Below the pieces are notes generated by a model that was given only the letters and a program-made list of their open reading frames with translations, searched no databases and was not told the DNA's origin. Positions 23,596 through 37,911 of a stretch of DNA of 64,000 bases are shown here, piece after piece. The stretch comes from Lytechinus pictus (lineage: Eukaryota): the NCBI RefSeq assembly GCF_037042905.1, contig NW_026974154.1, positions 310,001-374,000 of the forward strand, given 5' to 3'. A program made the position numbers and the translations under genes. Position 1 is the first letter of the stretch. Each line of letters begins with the position of its first letter.

Positions 23596-23766
23596 GATAC
23601 GAGAGATTCAACAACGAGGACGTAGAGAAGACTGGTGAGGTTCTCAACGCTCCTGCATATCCTGTTCAACAGTTCCCTCCGCAGTATACGGGACAGCAAC
23701 CTGCGACACTTGCTCTTGGACAAATTCCTCAGGTAGGAGAACTATGTTACCCCCCCCCCCAAAAAA

Positions 23767-23800
<34 letters not shown>

Positions 23801-26800
23801 TATGATGTGTAATGATATGTATGATCTCCTTGTTAATTATCTTCAAGTGCATTTGCCTATTTACACTCCTTGGTAGAAAAGGGACAGAATTAAGAGGTTG
23901 TTGCCAGCTTAGGCAAAAAAAATTGTAAAATTGGTATTTGCACCTATTGTCTTCAACATCAATTAATTCGGTCATGTGTGATACAAATGGTACCAATAAG
24001 GTATCACTAGAAAGCAGATGAGATTATATTTAATTCCCAAGCATATTGATTTAACATACTATTATTTCGAATATAGGCCCTTTAGATTTGGATTGCTTTT
24101 TTCTGAAACTCACTGTATAATACTATATACTTTATATGAAATCAACTGCCAATCAGAATAAGCAATGATCATTTGAATTGAACTGAATTGAAAGAAAGAA
24201 CAAAAATTGTAATTGATGACAGGTCCCTGGTCAGCAGACGATAATACATGTTGCCGCCGGGCCTATCCCGAATGATTACTTTGGATTTGCACTCTTCGTT
24301 ACAATCTGCTGCTGCCTACCATTTGGTATTGTTGGCCTCATCAAATCAAGCGAGGTAATTAAGTTATGTCTGACCAACAAACGTAGAGGGCAGCAATAGC
24401 AGTTGATGTTTTGGGGAAAACTTTTATATATTTTTTTTATCTGTTTATACCAGGCGCGTAGCCAGGGGGGGGGGGGGGGCGGTGGGGGCGGTCGCCCCCC
24501 AAAAAAAACGTCCCCAAAAAGAAAAAAAAAGGGGAAAAAGAGGGGAGAAAAGGAAAAGGGAAGGGAGGAAAGGGAAGAAAGGTAGCTTTGTGTTTTTTTT
24601 TCTTTTTATTCTTTATTTTTTTCTCAAAAGAGAAACTCCTTCTCTCTTGCTCTAAATTTATATATGAATTTTGCTTCCGCGCGGCGCGCGGTTAAATGAT
24701 AAATTTGAAGTTCTCCATTGTTTCCCCCATCCTTTCTCTAACCCTGCTTTTCCACCTCAGCTATATGTGTTTCTTGCCAGTTAATGTTCAAATGTATACA
24801 TTAGGGCATATAATTAGAGTAAGGTTAGGCCGAAGTATATGAAGTTATCTTTTTTTTTAATTGATTGCGCAACTTCTGGACGGGTCGGCCATGGGCGGGT
24901 AAAATCTTTATTATAATTTCTGCCGTCACCTCCATAAAGTCAACTTCTCCTGCTTTTCAGCTCATTACTAATCAACCATAATTTTGGGGCAAACAGGTTC
25001 CTAATTTAAAAAAAGGAAGGTATAAAATTCGTGTCGTATTAGATAAAAAAGTACAATATTTATTATCAAATTCTATTAAACTTCATGTCATTTCCCTGCA
25101 CATTCATCTTTTGTCCTGTTTTGCGCACTCAGTTTGAAATTTTGAATGACACTTAGGGTTCTTTATAATTCAAAATGAAGCGCTTCAGGATAAGTCAAAG
25201 AAATTAGGCATCCTTTTTTATATAATTTCAATGAATCACAGAAGTTTCAACTTTTTGCGCACTATTTTCCTTGTAATGAAGTTCAATAATCTTAGAAAAT
25301 CAATCGAATTAGACCCGATGGGGTATTAGAGATATCTGAATTTGATGAAACGTCCGCCCTTTGAAACTTCAGAGTTTCATTGCTCTGCGCGGGGAGGAAT
25401 ATCTTCCTCCCGGCATATACACTTCTTCTCCTCTGTTTTGCGAGTTATGCACTGTCGCTAAATTGTTTGTAATCAAATATGATCTTTCCAAGGGAAGTAT
25501 TCAATATATCTTTGAAAATACCCTTTTATCGGGACCCTTTTCATGGCAGAAAAAAATTGAAAAAACGCTTTAGCTTCCGCGCTTCGCGCGGGGTTATTAT
25601 TTTAATTTCCTCCATTGTATTCCCCTTTTATGCGTTCGCTCACAATCACTTTTGAAAACAAGGTTCATGAAAAAAAGGTTCAAAATCACAATATTGTCAA
25701 CTGAACTGGAGGTGATATAGGTACTAGAGACAAGAGAGACGGCTCCTTTTCATTTTAATTTATGAAACACCAAAAGCTTCGCGCTTCGCGCGGGAGGGGC
25801 AAACTCCCCCTCCCTGCACCCACCCCCCTAGGGAGCGCGCTTCGCGCGCTCTGTAAGTGTTGGCACGCTTCGCGTGCGATTACCGCCCCCTCCAAAATGA
25901 AATCCTGGCTACGCGGTTGGTTTATACCCCCATCCTCTCTTACCCGTCTTCTCTATAAAGGATACTGTTATAATGACTTGGCCATTCAGTGGTATCTTCT
26001 AAAATAAAATATTTTATTCTGATTGGCTGCTGGGTCATATCAGGGAGTCATATCCTGGTTACCACTGGATCACAAAATTACCATAATAGAAATGTTTGTG
26101 CAACTATGCTCATCGGGCTCGCGAGTATTTCAATTAATCCTAAACCTTGAATATTTTAACAAATTATGTTCACGTGGTACTGGCTTTTCAAACATGATTG
26201 ATTATGCTTTTATTCATCATGATTTTTGTAAAATATGAATATCCAATTTTTATGATAATTTGTTTAAACTTGATTAATTATTACTTATGGTAATATTTGT
26301 CAAATATAAATATTTAATATTCATGGTATGTTTGTAAAGCATAATTTTAAAGATTTATTGTGGTATTAAAAAAATCATAATGATTAAAATTTTGATATAA
26401 TTTTCTTTTTTAAATTGTGGTAAAATATTAATTGGCCTATTTATTAGTTGTTTTAATTTTGTTTTAAACGTTTTATATTTACTATGGAATTATTATATTC
26501 ATGCTGACTTTTTTTTCAAAAGTAAATTAAAAATGTACTTCTTTGGAGTATGAAGATTTTATTTTATTTTTTATTAAGTTGGATATTCAATATTTTATTT
26601 TTAGAATTTGATATTCATTATTTTTCACAGGTGAAGAATCGTGCGGCAGGAGGAGATTATAACGGAGCAACCATCTCGTCATCTGAGGCTCGACGCTGGT
26701 CATGGGCTGGCTGTATTATCGGAGGGATTACGTGGGGTATTGCTCTCCTTGTGACGTGTGTCTACATAGGTCTTGCTGTAGCTGCCTGTAACGCTGGAGA

Positions 26801-26816
26801 TTGCTATAATTACTAA
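23596..26816 (+). CDS. CD225/dispanin family membrane protein, copy 2; exons 23596-23732, 24223-24354, 26631-26816 (start exon not identified)
   Basis: In-frame splicing gives a Pro/Gln/Tyr-rich N-terminus (APAYPVQQFPPQY), then PIPNDYFGFALFVTICCCLPFGIVGLIKSSE|VKNRAAGGDYNGA...; GT-AG boundaries have matching phases. Confidence 0.85.
24451..25919. mobile_element. hAT-like non-autonomous element in the dispanin copy 2 intron
   Basis: Imperfect TIRs CAGGCGCGTAGCCAGG / CCTGGCTACGCGGTTG and an 8-bp TSD GTTTATAC (24443-24450, 25920-25927). The paralogous intron in copy 1 is the empty site (about 2156-2163). Confidence 0.85.
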
Positions 26817-29800
26817 ACATGGGAGGGGCTACAGAATGGCGATCGCCCTGAATGATTTCCAGTTGAAAGACAAGAAGAAAACAGAAAGGAACAGACAATT
26901 TTTGAAATAGATAAATTACCCATCAATTTAATGGCATTTCTTTAATTGCTATTTTTGAACCAATAACCAGACTCGCATTTTAATAAAAAATAGATTTATC
27001 ACATTTTGTCTATTCATGATTATTTTTACCTTTACGTCATTACCATGAAACTAAACATAGAAGAAGAATACCTCGGAAAGAAGGCATTTGTTAAAAACAC
27101 ACACACACACACAAACAAAAAAGAAGAGCGAGGGTCCATAGAGGGGGGGGGGTCCCTTCACCCCTGTGGATCCGGTACTGGTAACATAAAGTGATAGGCT
27201 TTATTCTACATGATTGATTCAATACGGAAATAGTCAAGCTTAATAATATCACAATGAAAGATTTCGGTGAAATCAAATGAAGTTTGTTTTGCTCATAAAA
27301 AACGACTGTGTCCAAATAAACCGTAGTCTACAATTATTACACAAGTTTAAACATTATTATTTCGGTCATATCTGCTATATTTGCTCCATTTTAGTTTAGG
27401 AATAGATTATGCTTGAGATCAACATGAGTGTTGTTACTTGTTCTAGAAATTGTTCATTTATTACTATAACAAGTCTAGAAACGGGACCCTGATTTGTTTA
27501 TTTTTATTTGTTTATTTTTAAGGAATTGCCTTTATTTTGCTCATCTTTGTGAACATGATGTAAATGTTGAGATTTCAGTGATTTCAAAATGAGATGCACC
27601 ATTATTTTAACAGTTTTCAGTAAAAATAATCGACGACTTTGTTTAATGAAATGCTTTGTTTGCAATCGAGAGCATGGTATACTAGTCTCTGTCAGTAGAA
27701 AAATAATAATGCTAGCCCTAAGCGTACGCTGATTTTTTTAATAGGGGCCCTACTCTACTGACCTACAAATTGTCATTCTAAGATATCAATGAAAGATTCG
27801 TTACTCACTAATGCGACCCTTTTTCTGCTTTCAACAGCTGATTTCCGAACTTTAGTTCCACCTCCCCAGATGTGGACCCCATTCCACTTTCCCAGGATGT
27901 GCACCTATCCCCGTGCTTAAACCAGCCTACGCTTTGTATGCCTGTAAGGAACATTTCCACTCCAACAAAAGGTTGATTTTAATAGAAAGATAAATATCAC
28001 ACAATCATAACACGGAAAATTTCATCAAAATCAGATGTAAAATAGAAAAGTTATGACATTTTCAAAAAGTTTATAATTATGTTCGCACCCTCATCGGTAT
28101 TTGAAGTTACCATAATATGGACCTGTCCACCCCAAACAAAATGTAGATTTGAATAAAAGAGACTAAAAAGGCAGACAGCACAGACAATTCACCAATTTGA
28201 CGTAAGTAAAAAAAAAGACATTTTAAAGTTTCGCTTGACTGGCTTGACTTTACAAAACAATTATCCACATCCCAGTCAGTATGCCATCGTCTAATTTGAT
28301 AATATTATGATGTTTTCGTTTACTTTAAATTCTGGCTACGATTCTTTGTAGCAAAATGATAACGATATTAAAGCTTACATATACGTGCTCAAGGGCGCTG
28401 GAAGCGGGGGCGCAGGGGGGCACTTGCCCCCCAAAATAAAATTTAGGGGGGGGGGGGGCAAAACGAGATTTTGCCCCCCCCCCAATGTGCCCCCCTAATA
28501 TGATAAAATATTTAAGGACAAAAGTAAACGATGAAGGCACTTTTCTGCCTAAAAATTGTCATTTCCATTGTCAAAAAAAAAAAATTTCGCCCCTGACGGG
28601 GCAATTACATATCATAGTAAGCCTCGCGTCTTTTGACGAACATGTCCCTCTGTGAAACATACCTTAGATAGGCCCCTTTTCCATCTTATTACAGTGTGAT
28701 AACGTTTAACCATAGAGCTGTTAATATGTTAATAGCTATATGGTATTAACCTTTTAATGAATACATTTCAAATTAAAGCCGAATGGCAAATTGAAAGTGG
28801 TTCACCATTGCACGCGCGGTCGCCCCGACACATAAATCGAGTAATGTTTTAAACTTTAATGATTTTCGGAAAAGTTTTAAATTGTTAGAAAATAAAGCTT
28901 GTCATATTTCTTTTTTCTCCAGTTACAAAACATGAAACGTATTGCCCAGTGGAGTAACTACGGGGAGGGGCATGGGGGCACGTGCCTCCCCCCAATCGGC
29001 TGACCCCCCCCCCCCCCCCAAAAAAAAAAAAAAAAAAAAAAAAAAAACGGGGAAAATGAGAAAAAGAGGGAGAAGGGAAGAGAATCGTAGCAGGAAAGGA
29101 GAAATTATTGTTCATTATAATAATAATAATAATAATGTTATGTTGCATAATTTTTTTTTTCATAATTTATGAAACATGATTTACTCAGGCCCTATGTCTT
29201 CATTGTTCCTGGTGCTTGCATTGTCTGTTTAACGAGATATATAATCCTGCTGTACTAAAACCTCCCGTTTTCAAGTCAATATACATGTACACCAAATATA
29301 TTTCCTCGCACGTTGAGTTATTATTGTTTCATGTAGTGATATATGCTTCTTTTTCATGACTACTTATAGTGATTGCCCCATTTTCAGGTGTTAATATAAA
29401 ACATTTCCTGTCCGTGCTGACGTTCGCATTAGTGGATTGGTGATATATGCCTGCTCTCCGTGAATTTCTAAAATCAGTCATTATAAAGTTAAATCTGAAT
29501 ATAAAAAGTTTTCAGCACGCGCTTCGCGCTCTGATCGTTCGGTTAGTGAAATACGTACGGTCTTAGTGAATTCCTACAAACAAGCCTTAAGGCCCGTTTA
29601 CACCGCATCCGGCACGGCGACCGTGCACGGCATTCCGGCACGGCATACGGCACGTCGTGCCGTTTTCCAGTTTCCACTGCCCCACGGCACGGCAATAAAG
29701 CCGTGCTCGGATGCCGTCCGGCAGGCAAAAACCGTCCGATGTACCCAGGAAAACCCAAGGCAAAGAAGCCTGCTTCAGGCGTGGCAAGAAGTCATTTTAA

Positions 29801-30277
29801 GGGTTTTCGTGTATATATGTATAAATTAATCTTGTCTTGAATTCCACCAAGAAGCCTGAATCAATCTGACGGACTGCTCATTGGACAGACACAATATTCT
29901 TTCTTTTATTCACTCGGCTATACGGGAATGGATCGTTTCATTTAAATGTTCAATTTTGTCATGATTAATCTTTTTATCTTACCCTTTTTTTTATACTTCT
30001 TTTTCCATTCTCTGCCATTCTTACCTGTTATCTCATTCCTTAGTTTATACATCACATTCTATTGCCATTCCAACTCCACATGTTTCTATTGTCTTCTCAT
30101 TTATATTCAGAACATTCTTCTTCATTCATATCATCCTACCTCATGCTCATTGGTTCACTTTTCACCCTTAGTTCTTCCACTTTTCTGGATTCTTCTATTC
30201 TCACCGTTTCTATTAGTCAAATTTATTATACGAAACTATTTCTGATTATATTCGAATACGGTATATTATTTGTTTAA

Positions 30278-30844
30278 ATGTCAAATCCACCCAAGAAAAC
30301 TGTTGATTTGGATAAATAGAAGAAAAAAGTCAAACTATAGCATAATACTGAAAAATTTCATGCATAATCGGATGTAAAATAAGAAAGTTATGACATTTTA
30401 AAGTTCGCTTATTTTCACAATAGAGTGATATGCACACCTCAGTGACATGCAAATAGACGGTTCATGATGTCCCTCACTATTTCTTTTTTTTTTATTGTTT
30501 GAAAAATACAATTTTTCATTTATTTGACAAGGACCAACTTGACTGAACCAATGCTAATTCTATATGTTCAGGGAGGAATTGATTGTTGTTTCTCTTGACA
30601 ATAAGAAGAAAATTACATTTCATATAATAAAATACAAAATAAATAGTGAAGGGATGACGTCATCAGTCTCCTAATTTGCATACCGATCAGGATGTGTATA
30701 TAACTGTTTTTTTTTAATCAAGCGAAACTTTAAAATATCATAACTTTCTTATTTTACATCGGACTTTGATATTTTCAGTGTTATGCTTGTTGGATATTTA
30801 TTTTTTTATTTAAATCAATTTTTTCGTTGGGGTGGACTTGTTCT
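30278..30844. mobile_element. TTAA-target MITE, same family as 9855-10422
   Basis: TTAA flanks, GTCAAATCCAC...GTGGACTTG ends, internal similarity. Confidence 0.7.
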
Positions 30845-32348
30845 TTAAAATCAATGCCAAGTGAGGTCTGGCCCAATAAATCAGAGCAACACTGGACTTC
30901 ATTTTGTCGACATCTTTACTTTGAGTTTAGTTCAGCTCCAATTAAATGTTAGGTTCTTCTTCTCCTAGCTGTTTGCTTGTTAATGACTGATTGCTCGAGG
31001 TCTATCTGTGAACAATCAGCACTCTACATTATATTTGTTGTTGAAAATAAAAGTGATGCTCATGAATTTATTACAGAAAAAAATAAAACGATATATATAT
31101 ATATATAAACCAAAAAAAATGCATGGGGCGGCAAAAACTTTCTTGAAGATAAATGTATTCTTTTTATTTCACCATCAACTTTCTTTTGTCAGTATTCTTC
31201 ATGTCCAGGGACCCATTTCAAATGTGTTTAACATTATGGCAACTACCATGGAAACCACAATTATAATTGGATGTTGCGCCATATTATAATGGTAGTTGCC
31301 ATATTAAAGAAAAAGTTGTGATAGTTGTACCTCTCTATGAAACAGGCCCCAGGAGTGTCATTGCCATTCTGTTTAGAGATAAAATTTAGTTGGTAACATT
31401 TTGTCATATTTCAAACAATCCTAGATCTATTATTTTCCAAAAAAAAAAACATTAGTCCAGAAATTACCTGTACCACGTTCCGTCCAGTACCCATCATTTT
31501 TTTTTCACAGTAACTGGTTGCATGTGTTGATATTTGATAGTGCATTATTAATAATCATGTTAATATTTGCATGAACCAAATTTCTGTGAAGTGCAAAATG
31601 TTCATCTTCTCTTATCTGTGAACAAATCCTGATTTTAAATTCAAGTATAATTTAAGAAATAAATATATTTTTAATAAATGGTGAACATATTCGGCCGATA
31701 TTTCCCAGATCTAAAAAAGAGGAAGATCATAATCCTTTACAATCGTAATTTCTGCAAATTGAGACTGACTTGCAACTGTAACAATGAGAGACGTTAAAGT
31801 GAAAAATTCAAGTGGAAATTAGAATAGCACATTTTATGATTTATTTCATATGGATTTATCATAAGTCATTCAGATGTAATCATATATACATCGCTTTCCA
31901 TTTGTTGGTGATGCTGCATGTCTGACATTGCATCTTTTATGTTGAGACTATTAACAGGTTGTTAGCTCTGGCAAACTGCAAACCACTGTCCCTTTGTTAG
32001 CTAACAATCAGATGAATATTGAGTGATGTCAGAGGGAATAAGATATCAGCTCTCTTTTTAGCGGTGGAGCATAGCAAGTTAGAACATTTTCTGTTAACTT
32101 TTTTTTTAATCTACGAAACATATTTGGATTCTTAAATTGTAACATGTGAGACGTTTATCACATCAATAGGAATCGACTTAGATTTAGAAGACACAGAACT
32201 TTTAATTCCTATAGTAGTATGTTCAATGTTCAGAAGACCAAAATTTAACCGCATTGCAATGGAGCTGGCATTGAGGTAACTTTTACAGTGTGGGACAATG
32301 GGGGACAAGCTGGAACAAAATGGATCTACAGTTATGTTGTCACCATGA

Positions 32349-32583
32349 CTATCGCTGCTTTGAAAATACTGCAACATTGTCTCCTCGATTTGAAGTGAAT
32401 TTGGGACTTGAAGACTGGACTGATGTTGCGGACGTGCCTGAGGACGATGACGATGAGGCCTGACCCACGTTGTGGACAGGGGGTGGACAGATGTCACCAT
32501 TCTCCTGCTCAGTTTCTTCCTGTTTGGTACAGGCTTCTCCTGGTGTGTCCACATCAAACACAGGATCCAAGATTGAACTTGTT
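32349..32583 (-). other. Candidate terminal coding exon (acidic/Ser-rich, unknown product)
   Basis: GC-richer island following a good acceptor TTTTTCTGTCAACAG; reads TSSILDPVFDVDTPGEAC...KQR*. No family recognised. Confidence 0.3.
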
Positions 32584-35500
32584 CTGTTGACAGAAAAATC
32601 ATATGTTCAAATTTATTTCATATGTTTTACTCATAATAATGAATACTAAAAAATCGACTCTCATGTACCAAGTCGATACAGTTTGTCTGTTCTTTACTTC
32701 ATTAATATTCGAAACATCTTAAGTTTTATTTTATTATATTATATTATATTTCTTTAAGGGTACTTTTCTGAAGGCAAATGGCTCTCACTTCAAGGAAATG
32801 CAACACCCATTAACCTGTACTATTTTACACAGGTAGTCAAGTACAAATATGATAAATCATATTGAATGAAAATGTGGATGTATAATTACAGGAAACGGGT
32901 TAATGTAAACATGAGAGAATGAGCCAATCATCAATGTATAATTCAAAATGATTTGTATAGTTTGTATGACAGCGCTCATATCCACCCTGCGGAGTGCACA
33001 AAGTGCAAATTAATACCATAGCTGTTGCCCGACCGTTTCCTGTTGCAAGGAATTCCTGTCAGAACCCAGAAACTAAGAATGCCCCTATTCAGCTCGCACT
33101 TCGCGCTCGCAATATATGATTAGTGAGATGCGTATGATAATCATGATTACGACTACGTACAAAAGTGCTTCGTGTGTTTAGATGTAATTTTAACAAAATC
33201 AACAGGCGCTTGACACTCGCATTAGATGACTTTGGTGAGATATGTATACTCTTAATTGATTCCCTAAAAAGTTCCTTTAAATATCCCTGTATGGGGTCAA
33301 AATATACACAAATTTTAGCTCGCGCTTCGCGCTCACATTGTTTGTTTAGTGAGAAAGGTACATATCATGATTACAAAAAATTGCTTATAACGTGCATGGA
33401 TAATCAGGGACTGTTTCCAGTGCTGATGTCAGAAATAATTTGCATAGAATGGGGATTTAAGTGCTTATCGACGTCTGCCACGTCAGAACAGTATGACATT
33501 TTGCCATTTGAAAAGACATTCATGAGAATTTCTTGTTTATGTTTTTACGCTCTTCTGCTTAATACACTCCTTTGTTCTGAAAGGAATTACTTGAAACTTA
33601 TGATGATTGTGCTCTCTCGCGTCGTCCGTGTATGAAAATGTACATAAATAAATGTTAATTTCTGAAAGGATATTGCATGAAAAATTCAATTTCTGGTATT
33701 TTGAGTCAATTTAAGCATAATACGTAATTAAATTGATCAGACATGAAAACCACATTCCGGAGCGAGCGTTTTGTGCGTAGATTTCATAAATTATGAGTAT
33801 AGTCTTTTGTAGTGAATTCTATGTATAACTCTTAAGAAATTTATTTTTGAATGCTCTGAGAAACGCAACTTTTATACTCCATTTTTACACAAAGTCCTTA
33901 CAGTGGGGGTCCCACACCCTCTCCCGCTCGATCGCTTCGGTATCTCACGCTGTCAAAAATATTGTGCCCCCTTTGGGATTTTGCCCCCCTAAAACTAAAA
34001 GTGTTCCGGCGCGCCTGTACGTGCTCAATATTACTTTTACCACATCTAGCATTGCTTGTTTTCAGTGGGAATAGTTGTTTTATCCCATTTTGGTATAATC
34101 GTTTAATTGCTAATTCCATGCTTATACATGTACAGCCAGAAATCATTTAATCAATCATTAGATTTATGATATCTCTCATTTCCTTGTAAGCCAGGTGAAA
34201 TATACCTATCTCATTGAATTATTCTACTCTTCTCCCTTCTTAACTTTCAACATATAACATTTATTTTATTACTTTTACATGTCATCATAGTCACTGTTAT
34301 TGTATATATTTTGTATTTTACCTTGTACAGAATTTCGCAATTCAGCCTTCGGCTGCGATGAAGTTTTCTTAATAAATCATTTCAATTTCAATTTCAATTT
34401 TCAGTATAGAAATGAGGTGACGATCAATGCCATCACCGTACTATTTCTTTTGCATTTTATCGTTCTATTTTTTCTCCTCCCTGAACGTGTGGAAATAGCA
34501 ATCTTTGGTTCATTCAAGAGGGTCTTTATTGTAAAATATGTAAAAAAAAAAAGAAGATATCATCTGCTGTAATCTCCGGGCTCTGCAGCCTGTCTCGAAG
34601 ATAATAACCATTACTATTACTATACTATACAAGTAATTCAAACTATATAAAAAAACTGAGAGAGGAAGTGAGTGATTTTATTGACTCTCTCATTGCATAT
34701 CAATGAGTAGTGAGTTGTGCAAAACTGTTTTGCGAAAAATAGGCAATCATGACTTTCTTATTTTGCATCCGTTTTCTATGATTTTTTTAAAAACCTGTTT
34801 AAGGTTTAACGTAACCCTAGAAAGTTCGATCACTGCGCATACGTGTGTCACCGAAGTCTATCGCGTGATCAAATTTTGACGGATCCATATCCCCAGGGGC
34901 GGATCAAGGGGCACATGTTCCCGAGGAAAAAATTGACAAGCAAAAAAAACAACAACAAACAGGGTTTTAACAAAAAAATTAAGAACATTTGTCAACGAAA
35001 AAATTTGACAAGCAAGCAAAAAAAGGAGAAGAAGAAGAAAAAAGTCTTTACTTTCAAAAATCAAGGGTGGGGGTGCACACTTCTGTTTTAACGGCATTTT
35101 TACATTACAAATTTTAATTTTACCTCTCAACTCCGCCAAAAAAAATGTTCAGTTATTCCTTATTAGTTTATACATATGGCGTTCCACAGTTTACTGAGAG
35201 AACAACAGAACTTCAGAAGAAGCGGTGAGTTTCGCCACTACTACACTAGCCATAAAATCAGCATTTATGGACAAATCTTTTGCCTTAATTGTTCCTATTC
35301 AATTTGCACAAATCGCCAGGTAGGTTGACATCTCATATGATATATTCATAGAATGTTAATTAGTAATTAAGACGCTTTTGCCCGAATGAAACAATAATGT
35401 AGTCCCACATCTTGACTTTCATGTATGATGGGGGGACCTAAAAGCTACGCACTTTGTTTTCAAACAATAGAAACTATCCCAATTTTAATATTTCAACAAA

Positions 35501-35653
35501 TTACCTTCCACTTATTTGTGGCAAACTGTTTTCAGAACATTAACCAAGAAGAAAATGTGCAAAACTCACTAATACGAAAATCCCGCCGCGTTTTCCGAAC
35601 ATCTCTTGATTTCGCCGCCCGATGTAGACCACTCTAGGACTAGGACTAGGAGT

Positions 35654-36526
35654 CTAGGCGACACCCCAATACTTACCCGTGCTAATAAACTGGGACTCCA
35701 CTCACGCGCGTTTGGGCCTCCCTAGCTTAGAACTAAGCACTAATATCACCTTAAAAACTAAATCTACAAGGTATGTATAATCTATTTACAACTTTAATAA
35801 TGTTTAATCGGTACTCACCGGTTCTTTTGTTGCATTTTCAGACCATTTCTCACAATTCTTCGTAAATATTTGCGGCAAATTTTGTCGCCATAGACAGCTT
35901 ATCATCCATCTTTATTGATAAATGGAGCGCCCTTTACGATAGTTGTTAATGCCGCGGAGAAATCGTTAGGCATTTTGGCCTGTGTTCAAGGCGTTCTTTC
36001 TGTTTTATTTTTTATATTGAAGATTGTGCATTTGTTGAATAGCGCCGTCTACGTCAGGTATGAGATCGAGTGTATAAATACACTCTTCCAAAATAATTAT
36101 GATTCCGACCTGGCGCTGTTTAACTTCAATCTCTTTCACCTAAATTAGCGATGAATGCTAGCATTATAAAATATATATTATTAACGTCTGACGAAAAGAA
36201 TAACCAACCGATCAGCTGACGAGAACGCGAATCACGTGATCTTCATATCAGCTTCGATCGCGAGTCAGAAGAGAAGAGCAGCTGCCCAGAAAATCAGGAA
36301 AAAGCCGTGAAAATGTAAGTTCCCCTTCATTTCTTTCATTTTTTGTTGTTGCTAACGATGCATTTACACTATAAAATTATAATTTAAATAAGAGAAAGGA
36401 ATATAGCTTGTACTTGTGATATAATATATAAATATCCTGTTCTCAGAGATTTCTAACCAAAAATACTACTGATGTCGCCTATGAGGTCCATACATGTAAT
36501 GTTGGACCTCGTTGGTACTAGGAGTG
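35654..36526 (-). repeat. Inverted duplicate of a promoter/first-exon-like cassette (partner: 46402-46819 plus 49747-50164)
   Basis: Reverse-complement matches, e.g. 36474-36526 with 46402-46457, 36113-36150 with 46780-46819, and 35654-35993 with 49824-50164. Includes TCACGTGA and two outward-facing splice donors. Confidence 0.85.
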
Positions 36527-37879
36527 ATGTAGACTAACGTTCACTCAAGGGTTCATTTCTATCCTGCCTGTGGGGAATCTACAGGTAGGACTATGGTATG
36601 CCAATGCTGTACACAACACACACTTTAAAAAGTCATTAAAAAATCACTTTTGTGACCAAAAATACTAGTTTCCTTACAGTTGCAATTTATTTATCATTAG
36701 TAACTTGGGGGTAATTTTGTTATTCACCCCTACGCTAAAAAAGTTGAATTTTGGGCATATTTTTGTATACGCCCTCTATTGGTGGAAAGTAATATGGCTC
36801 TACAATTTTGGTTTTTCAATCTCTATTTTTAATTAAGAAAAAATAATCTAAAGATTCAAATTTACTTAATAGCCAAGTTATATGATGAATAGCTGTACTG
36901 GAACCTGACAGTGTAAAAAAATCAAGCATTTGTCTCAAAGGAAAATAGAAAATAAGCCAAACATTGCCAACCTTATTTCACCACACAGGGAGGAGTACCA
37001 GAGAACAAGGTTATATCATAACCTTGTTCATAGAATAAGTGACTAACGTTAGAACACTCCCACTCACACTATTGCGAGGTTCGTATATGCTATACGAATC
37101 TCGCACAACCACCGTGTTTATGTAGTGGATTTTGGAATTGTCGTTAGCATCGCTTCATAACGTGAATGCTGTTAGCAGAAACCCATTCCGCTACTCACCA
37201 GGGCTTATTCTTGTTTAAAGTGTTGCATTTTCAATTTTTAACATATTTTTTTAGGCCTAATTAAAAATGACCCAAAAAAAGCAAAATCGCTTACCTCCGC
37301 CTGGAAAGTGGCTTCGCATGTCTCTTCCACGGAAATAAAAGGAAGGTCGTTGGTGGCGGGGGGGGGGGGGGGTTCTTATTTTTATTTGGCAACCAGTCAA
37401 ATTTGACTATTTTTGCCATCATAAATATTGTATTATTAACATTTGTTTTCTTTGAAAATATAAAAAATATATGAGTAAAGTAAAATTCAAATATTTGTTT
37501 CTTTTCCTTTCCTTTTTTTCTTTTTCTTTTCTATGTCTTTTAATTTTAATAGGATATCTACTAGGATTTAAAGTCGAGTAGGTGCATAGAGATGTGTCTC
37601 TCAATTTAAAATCAGGGCTTTTATTGAAAATATTTTATATGAACGTACTAAGTATGCAAGTAAAAACCTAGGATGGAGATGACAGAGGAAGAAATTAGGA
37701 AAATCACAGCTCCAATCCTACACCCGTACCGGAGTATGGGGATACGTCTGTCCCGTTGATGTGAACATCAACGTCAGTGAAGTCTCGATCTTTCCCGGAG
37801 ACAAGACGCCTTTAAATCCTACCTACTTTGGGAGACAAGCCCTTGTAGGATGGAATGTGATTTTGGGTGAGTTTGGGCG

Positions 37880-37911
<32 letters not shown>

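Noticed and set aside
37808-37855. Twister-ribozyme-like TTTAA...ACAAGCCC segment
   Set aside because: Lacks the conserved pseudoknot-forming nucleotides; kept only as part of the unexplained structured island.
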